Source: Candidatus Dormiibacterota bacterium
GTDB taxonomy: Bacteria; Chloroflexota; Dormibacteria; Aeolococcales; Aeolococcaceae
DNA: 29,985 bases
NCBI GenBank assembly: GCA_027451645.1
Contig: DAIDIX010000002.1
Coordinates: 1-29,985, forward strand
Direction of reading: 5' to 3'
Positions 25,492 through 29,985 of this stretch are shown piece by piece. Both the position numbers and the translations under genes were made by a program. Position 1 is the first letter of the stretch, and each line of letters begins with the position of its first letter. The notes beneath the pieces were generated by a model that did not search any database, was not told the DNA's origin, and was given only the letters and a program-made list of their open reading frames with translations.

Positions 25492-26268
25492 ATGGCGCAA
25501 GATGCTACGACCAAGTGGACTCCACCAGAGCACACTGGTCTTGCCAAGGAAAGTGCTTTCCAGCGTCTGAGACGGCGTGCACCATGGTGGCTCCTGCCAC
25601 TGACTGTGGTGACAGTTCTCTCAGCATTCATCGTGTATGGCATGTGGACTGCGTTCTTTGGAGGCAAGGTCTACAGTGCACCCTACCTTTCGCCGTTCTA
25701 TTCGCCGCAGATCTGGTGGAATGGTCCAGTGACACCAGCTCTCTGGGTGCTTCCTTTCCCGCTCCTCTTCCGGGCAACGTGCTACTACTACCGGAAGGCG
25801 TATTACCGGTCCTTCTTCTGGGACCCTCCGGCATGCGCAGTCGGGGAAGCGAGGAAAAAGCCGTACAAGGGTGAGACGAGGTTCCCACTCTTTCTCAGCA
25901 ATCTGCACAGGTATGCGATGTACCTTGCTGTCATTGTTCTCATCTTCCTGTGGATTGATGCTGTTGCTGCCTTCGACCTCAATGGGCATTTCTATTTCGG
26001 CCTTGGCACAGCAATCATGGTCATCAACTGCATCTTCCTCTCCGCATACACGTTCGGCTGCCACTCTGTACGGCATCTCGTTGGTGGATGTGTTGACTGC
26101 TACTCGCGCGTTCGGGGTGGGGCAAAGCGGTATGAAGGCTGGAAATTCATTACAAGGCTCAATGAGCACCATGCAATGTGGGCATGGCTCAGCCTCTTCA
26201 GTGTCGTAGCAACAGATGTCTACATCCGGCTCGTGATGACAGGCATCATCATTGATCCTCACTTTTAG
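25492..26268 (+). CDS. sdhC: Succinate dehydrogenase membrane anchor, actinobacterial Sdh1 (Rv0249c-like) type
   Basis: YLSPFYSP, FRATCYYYRKAYYRSFF..PPACAV, GETRFPL...HRY, YTFGCHS.RH..GG, LNEHH..WAW.SL, DVYIR. First gene of the sdhA/sdhB operon. Confidence 0.85.
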   Translation: MAQDATTKWTPPEHTGLAKESAFQRLRRRAPWWLLPLTVVTVLSAFIVYGMWTAFFGGKVYSAPYLSPFYSPQIWWNGPVTPALWVLPFPLLFRATCYYYRKAYYRSFFWDPPACAVGEARKKPYKGETRFPLFLSNLHRYAMYLAVIVLIFLWIDAVAAFDLNGHFYFGLGTAIMVINCIFLSAYTFGCHSVRHLVGGCVDCYSRVRGGAKRYEGWKFITRLNEHHAMWAWLSLFSVVATDVYIRLVMTGIIIDPHF

Positions 26269-26277
26269 GAACTGACG

Positions 26278-28026
26278 ATGGAAACTCCTGAAATACGTTC
26301 GTGCGATGTCCTCGTCATCGGTGCTGGTGGCGCAGGGATGCGTGCAGCCATTGCTGCAACTGAGGCAGGGTGCTCGACAATTGTCGTCACGAAGTCACTT
26401 CTTGGCAAGGCACATACTGTCATGGCTGAAGGTGGCATTGCAGCAGCACTTGGCAATGTCGATCCCGATGATGACTGGAAGGTCCATTTCGCCGACACCA
26501 TGCTTGGTGGACAGCTCCTCAACAACTGGCGCATGGTCGAGATATATGCGCATGAGGTCATTGACAGGGTGAGGGAACTTGAGAACTGGGGCGGCCTCTT
26601 TGACAGGACACCTTCAGGGGGAATCATGCAGCGGGCATTTGGTGCCCATTCCTGGAAGCGACTCTGCCATGTCGGAGACAGAACTGGTCTTGAACTCATC
26701 CGCACGTGCCAGGACAGGCTCACTGCAACCGGGAAGGCTGACGTGTGCATGGAGTACACGCTTACGAAGCTTGTCCGTAGTGGAGACCGTGTTGTCGGTG
26801 CAATCGGCTACAAGCGGAGCGATGGCGGCTTTGTTGTCATCAAGGCAAAGGCTGTTGTCCTTGCTACTGGGGGCTGGGGCAAGATGTACCGATATACCTC
26901 GAATTCCTGGGAGGGGACTGGGGACGGTGCAGCCATGGCATATGAGGTGGGAGCTGAACTCCTTGACATGGAGTTCATCCAGTTTCACCCAACGGGCATG
27001 ATCTGGCCTCCGGGTGCACGAGGAATCCTCGTGACTGAGGCAGTTCGTGGAGAAGGCGGTTACCTCTACAACAGTGAGGGCAAGCGCTTCATGTTCGAGT
27101 ACGATCCGAAGAAGCTTGAGCTCAGTTCCCGTGATGTCGTAGCACGTTCCATCTACAAGGAAGTGAAGGCAGGAAGAGGAACGCCACATGGTGGTGCATA
27201 CCTCGACATCCGGCACCGTGGTGCAGAGTACATCAAGAAGAAGCTCCCATCCATGCATGAGCAGTTCCATGCACTCGCAGCTGTCGACATCACAAAGGAG
27301 CCAATGGAAGTTGCTCCCACGATCCACTACACCATGGGTGGGATCAAGGTGGATGCAGAAACTGCAGCTTCCACAGTTCCAGGACTCTATGCAGCTGGTG
27401 AAGTTGCAGGTGGCCTCCACGGAGCGAACAGGCTTGGCGGAAACTCCCTTGGAGACATCCTCGTGTTCGGCAGGCGGGCTGGCGAGGCTGCTGCAGACTG
27501 GGCGAAATCCCATGAGGAAGGCTCGGTGTCTGATGCTGAGCTGGATGCTGAGCAGAAACGGGTTCTCCAGCCGCTAGCTACTCCGGAGAAGGGGGAAGGG
27601 GAGAATCCCTACCTCCTTCACGAGGCACTCCAGTGGGCCATGCAGGACGATGCAGGAATTGCACGTACGGAAGAGTCGCTCAACAGGTCTCTTACAGCCA
27701 TTCAGGAGATCAAGGAGCGTGCAAAGAACATGCATGTTCCCGGAGGCAGGACTATGAATCCGGGCTGGCATACCTGCAGGGATGTGGAGTCCATGCTCAC
27801 GGTGTCCGAGGCGATTGTGCGCAGCGCAATCGAGCGTCGTGAGAGCCGTGGTTCGCAGTGGCGGCTCGACTACCTCGAGAAAGATCCAGAGCAGGCGAAG
27901 GTGAACTATGTCACATACAAGAACGGCGACAGCATGTCTGTGAAGCCAGTTCCGCATGATCCCCTTCCGAAGGAGAAGGAGGAGCTGCTTCACCATTCGC
28001 GGTTCTTTGAGGAGAAGAAGGCATGA
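26278..28026 (+). CDS. sdhA: Succinate dehydrogenase/fumarate reductase flavoprotein subunit
   Basis: GAGGAG dinucleotide fold, covalent-FAD AHTVMAEGG, QFHPT, EAVRGEGG, SRDVVARS, HYTMGG, HGANRLGGNSL. Confidence 0.96.
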   Translation: METPEIRSCDVLVIGAGGAGMRAAIAATEAGCSTIVVTKSLLGKAHTVMAEGGIAAALGNVDPDDDWKVHFADTMLGGQLLNNWRMVEIYAHEVIDRVRELENWGGLFDRTPSGGIMQRAFGAHSWKRLCHVGDRTGLELIRTCQDRLTATGKADVCMEYTLTKLVRSGDRVVGAIGYKRSDGGFVVIKAKAVVLATGGWGKMYRYTSNSWEGTGDGAAMAYEVGAELLDMEFIQFHPTGMIWPPGARGILVTEAVRGEGGYLYNSEGKRFMFEYDPKKLELSSRDVVARSIYKEVKAGRGTPHGGAYLDIRHRGAEYIKKKLPSMHEQFHALAAVDITKEPMEVAPTIHYTMGGIKVDAETAASTVPGLYAAGEVAGGLHGANRLGGNSLGDILVFGRRAGEAAADWAKSHEEGSVSDAELDAEQKRVLQPLATPEKGEGENPYLLHEALQWAMQDDAGIARTEESLNRSLTAIQEIKERAKNMHVPGGRTMNPGWHTCRDVESMLTVSEAIVRSAIERRESRGSQWRLDYLEKDPEQAKVNYVTYKNGDSMSVKPVPHDPLPKEKEELLHHSRFFEEKKA

Positions 28027-28841
28027 CGGACGCAGCAGAAGCCACGACAGACATCCGCCACACCCAGGATGGAAGGACTGGACGTACAGTCCACTTCTCC
28101 GTTTTCCGGGGTGTCCCTGGTGCCAATGCGTCGTATGTGACATATGATGTGCCGGAAGTCGAGGGCATGGTGGTGCTTGATGCAATCCACTACATCCAGA
28201 AGAATCTCGACATGGATCTTGCCTGTCGCTGGAACTGCAAGGCAGCAAAATGCGGCTCATGCAGTGCTGAGGTGAATGGCCATCCCGTACTCATGTGCAA
28301 GACCCGTGTTGATGATCTGCCTGAGGGAACGATTACTGTTGCACCGATGAAGACCTTCCCGCTTGTCAAGGATCTTGTCACGGATGTCTCGCGGAACTAC
28401 AAGGTGAATGCTTCAATAACACCGTTCACTCCCAGAAAGGATGAACCCACACCGTGGAACATCAAGCAGCATGACATCGAGCGGCTCTACGAATTCCGGA
28501 AGTGCATCGAGTGCTTCCTGTGCATGGATGTCTGCCATATTCTCCGGAACCATGATCTCCATGAGGAATACTATGGTCCACGGTACTTTGTCCGCATGGC
28601 AGGACTCGAGATGCACCCAATGGATGATGCTGACAGGACAGAGGAAATCCGTACCGAGGGCGGGATTGGATTCTGCAACATCACAAAGTGCTGCACTGAT
28701 GTGTGCCCGGAGCACATCCACATCACCGACAACGCAATCATCCCGATGAAGGAGCGTGTTGCGGACCGGCACTGGGATCCCATCAGGAGAATGTTCACAA
28801 AGAAGAAGGAGTCTGCGAAGCCTGGTACTGCTGCAGAGTAG
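28023..28841 (+). CDS. sdhB: Succinate dehydrogenase/fumarate reductase Fe-S subunit
   Basis: CKAAKCGSC...C (2Fe-2S), CIECFLCMDVC, CNITKCCTDVCP. ATGA overlap with sdhA. Confidence 0.96.
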   Translation: MTDAAEATTDIRHTQDGRTGRTVHFSVFRGVPGANASYVTYDVPEVEGMVVLDAIHYIQKNLDMDLACRWNCKAAKCGSCSAEVNGHPVLMCKTRVDDLPEGTITVAPMKTFPLVKDLVTDVSRNYKVNASITPFTPRKDEPTPWNIKQHDIERLYEFRKCIECFLCMDVCHILRNHDLHEEYYGPRYFVRMAGLEMHPMDDADRTEEIRTEGGIGFCNITKCCTDVCPEHIHITDNAIIPMKERVADRHWDPIRRMFTKKKESAKPGTAAE

Positions 28842-28880
28842 GGAGCAGCAGAACGCTCAGGCCCAGCATTCAATAATCAC

Positions 28881-28919
28881 AAAAAAAGAGGAGAGGTTCC
28901 TTGCGGGACCTCTCCTCTT
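28881..28919 (-). terminator. Intrinsic terminator between convergent sdhB and mdh (U-tract on the mdh strand)
   Basis: AAGAGGAGAGGTTCC-TTGC-GGGACCTCTCCTCTT 15-bp stem (one G-U), preceded by an A7 run that is a U-tract on the minus strand. Confidence 0.85.
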
Positions 28920-28942
28920 CGTATTTCCAGTTTGACTTTCTG

Positions 28943-29935
28943 CTAGGCGAGAAGTGCTGCAGGTGTGAGTTCCCGGATGCCAAGTTCCTGCACGCTCTGA
29001 TCCACTACAGTAAGCAGGTCCCGTACAGCTTCCGCGGACTTGTGGAGTGCTGCAGTCTCATCGGAGTTGAGTTCAACCGGGAAGACCCGCTCAAGTCCTC
29101 TGGAACTCAGCTGGCAGGGCACACCTGTGAACACGCCATGGATGCCATATTCTCCCTCAAGGTAGACACTCACAGGAAGAACAGCATGGCTATCGAGAAC
29201 GATGGCATCAACCATCTGGCTTACTGCTGCACTTGGTGCATAGTACGCACTTCCGGACTTCAGGAGGCCAACGATTTCCGCTCCACCATCGCGGGTGCGC
29301 TGGACGATAGATGCAAGACGGTCCTTGCTGATGAGATCCTCAACGCAGACACCACCAACAGTCGTAAGGCGGGTGAGTGGCACCATGGTGTCACCATGGC
29401 CACCGATGACATATGCCTGGATGTCATTGCGGGAGACCTTGAGCTCCTCAGCGATGAAGGTGCGGAAGCGTGCAGTATCGAGGATCCCTGCCATGCCGAT
29501 GACGCGTTCCCGTGGGAAGCCGCTTGCTGCCATTGCAACATGCGCCATTGCATCAAGCGGATTGCTTACAACAACGAAAATGGATTTTGGGGAGTGCTTA
29601 GCAGCATTCCGGGCAACAGAGGCGACAATCTTTGCATTCGTCTGGACGAGATCATCCCTGGACATTCCCGGCTTCCGTGGCATGCCACTCGTAATGACGA
29701 CGATATCGGAGTTGGCTGTCGGTTCCCAGCCCGAGTCATCGGTGACAGTCACACCAGTGAGTGTGGAATCGAAGCCGACAACAGGACCAGCTTCTGCAAG
29801 ATCCAGGGCCTTGCCCTGGGGCATGCCTTCGATGACATCGACAAGAACAATGTCTGCGTAGTTCCGTTCTGCAAGACGGAGCGCAGTCGTTGCGCCCACA
29901 TTGCCTGCACCGATGACTGTGATCTTCATTCTCAT
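28943..29935 (-). CDS. mdh: Malate dehydrogenase (LDH-like)
   Basis: [71 protein letters not shown]. Confidence 0.96.
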   Translation of the reverse strand: MRMKITVIGAGNVGATTALRLAERNYADIVLVDVIEGMPQGKALDLAEAGPVVGFDSTLTGVTVTDDSGWEPTANSDIVVITSGMPRKPGMSRDDLVQTNAKIVASVARNAAKHSPKSIFVVVSNPLDAMAHVAMAASGFPRERVIGMAGILDTARFRTFIAEELKVSRNDIQAYVIGGHGDTMVPLTRLTTVGGVCVEDLISKDRLASIVQRTRDGGAEIVGLLKSGSAYYAPSAAVSQMVDAIVLDSHAVLPVSVYLEGEYGIHGVFTGVPCQLSSRGLERVFPVELNSDETAALHKSAEAVRDLLTVVDQSVQELGIRELTPAALLA

Positions 29936-29985
29936 GGTGAGTACCTCAATGAGACGGACATGAAAGGGGTGATTTCTCTTCGATT

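Noticed and set aside
11600-28260. Long antisense or alternate-frame ORFs (e.g. 11600-12199, 13678-14451, 21660-22496, 24793-25473, 26614-27513, 27574-28260)
   Set aside because: They fully overlap well-supported genes on the opposite strand, have no recognisable motifs, and are expected shadows at this GC content.
1-29985. CRISPR array or other regularly spaced DNA repeats
   Set aside because: No repeat-spacer periodicity was seen. The only DNA repeats noticed are the coding zinc-ribbon repeats of topA.

Overview
Bacterial chromosomal window, mid-50s %GC by eye. It has a Terrabacteria-like gene set (Chloroflexota/Dormibacterota/Actinomycetota-like, but the taxon cannot be fixed from sequence alone) and four blocks. 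(1) 1-9.6 kb is an accessory cell-surface island: three lipoproteins, a Cys-rich trio of Tad-type minor pilins (TadG-like, TadE, TadE) with no Tad machinery in view, a 662-aa Tyr/Trp-rich secreted protein, a HWNG-repeat beta-propeller protein with a sortase-like tail, and a wHTH protein carrying what looks like a MobF-relaxase C-terminal tail. (2) 9.7-20.2 kb is the core cluster topA, S2 leader, rpsB-tsf-pyrH-frr-uppS-cdsA-dxr-rseP-ispG. (3) 20.2-24.5 kb is accessory: superinfection-immunity-like protein, ExoD, DHA2 MFS pump, a frameshifted padR coupled to a HAAS-type membrane protein, and tRNA-His/tRNA-Arg. (4) 24.6-30 kb holds a GDPD, an actinobacterial Sdh1-type (Rv0249c-Rv0247c-like) succinate dehydrogenase operon and a convergent mdh. 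The best candidate for an undescribed system is the Tad minor-pilin trio plus the aromatic-rich protein, which appears to be a PKD/Ig-like fold with about 430 residues of duplicated Tyr/Trp-rich sequence inserted before its last strand. Other anomalies are a window-wide excess of TGCA, a 1-nt frameshift in padR, and uppS lacking a canonical start upstream of its conserved IPxH motif. All family assignments come from motif recognition, not database searches.
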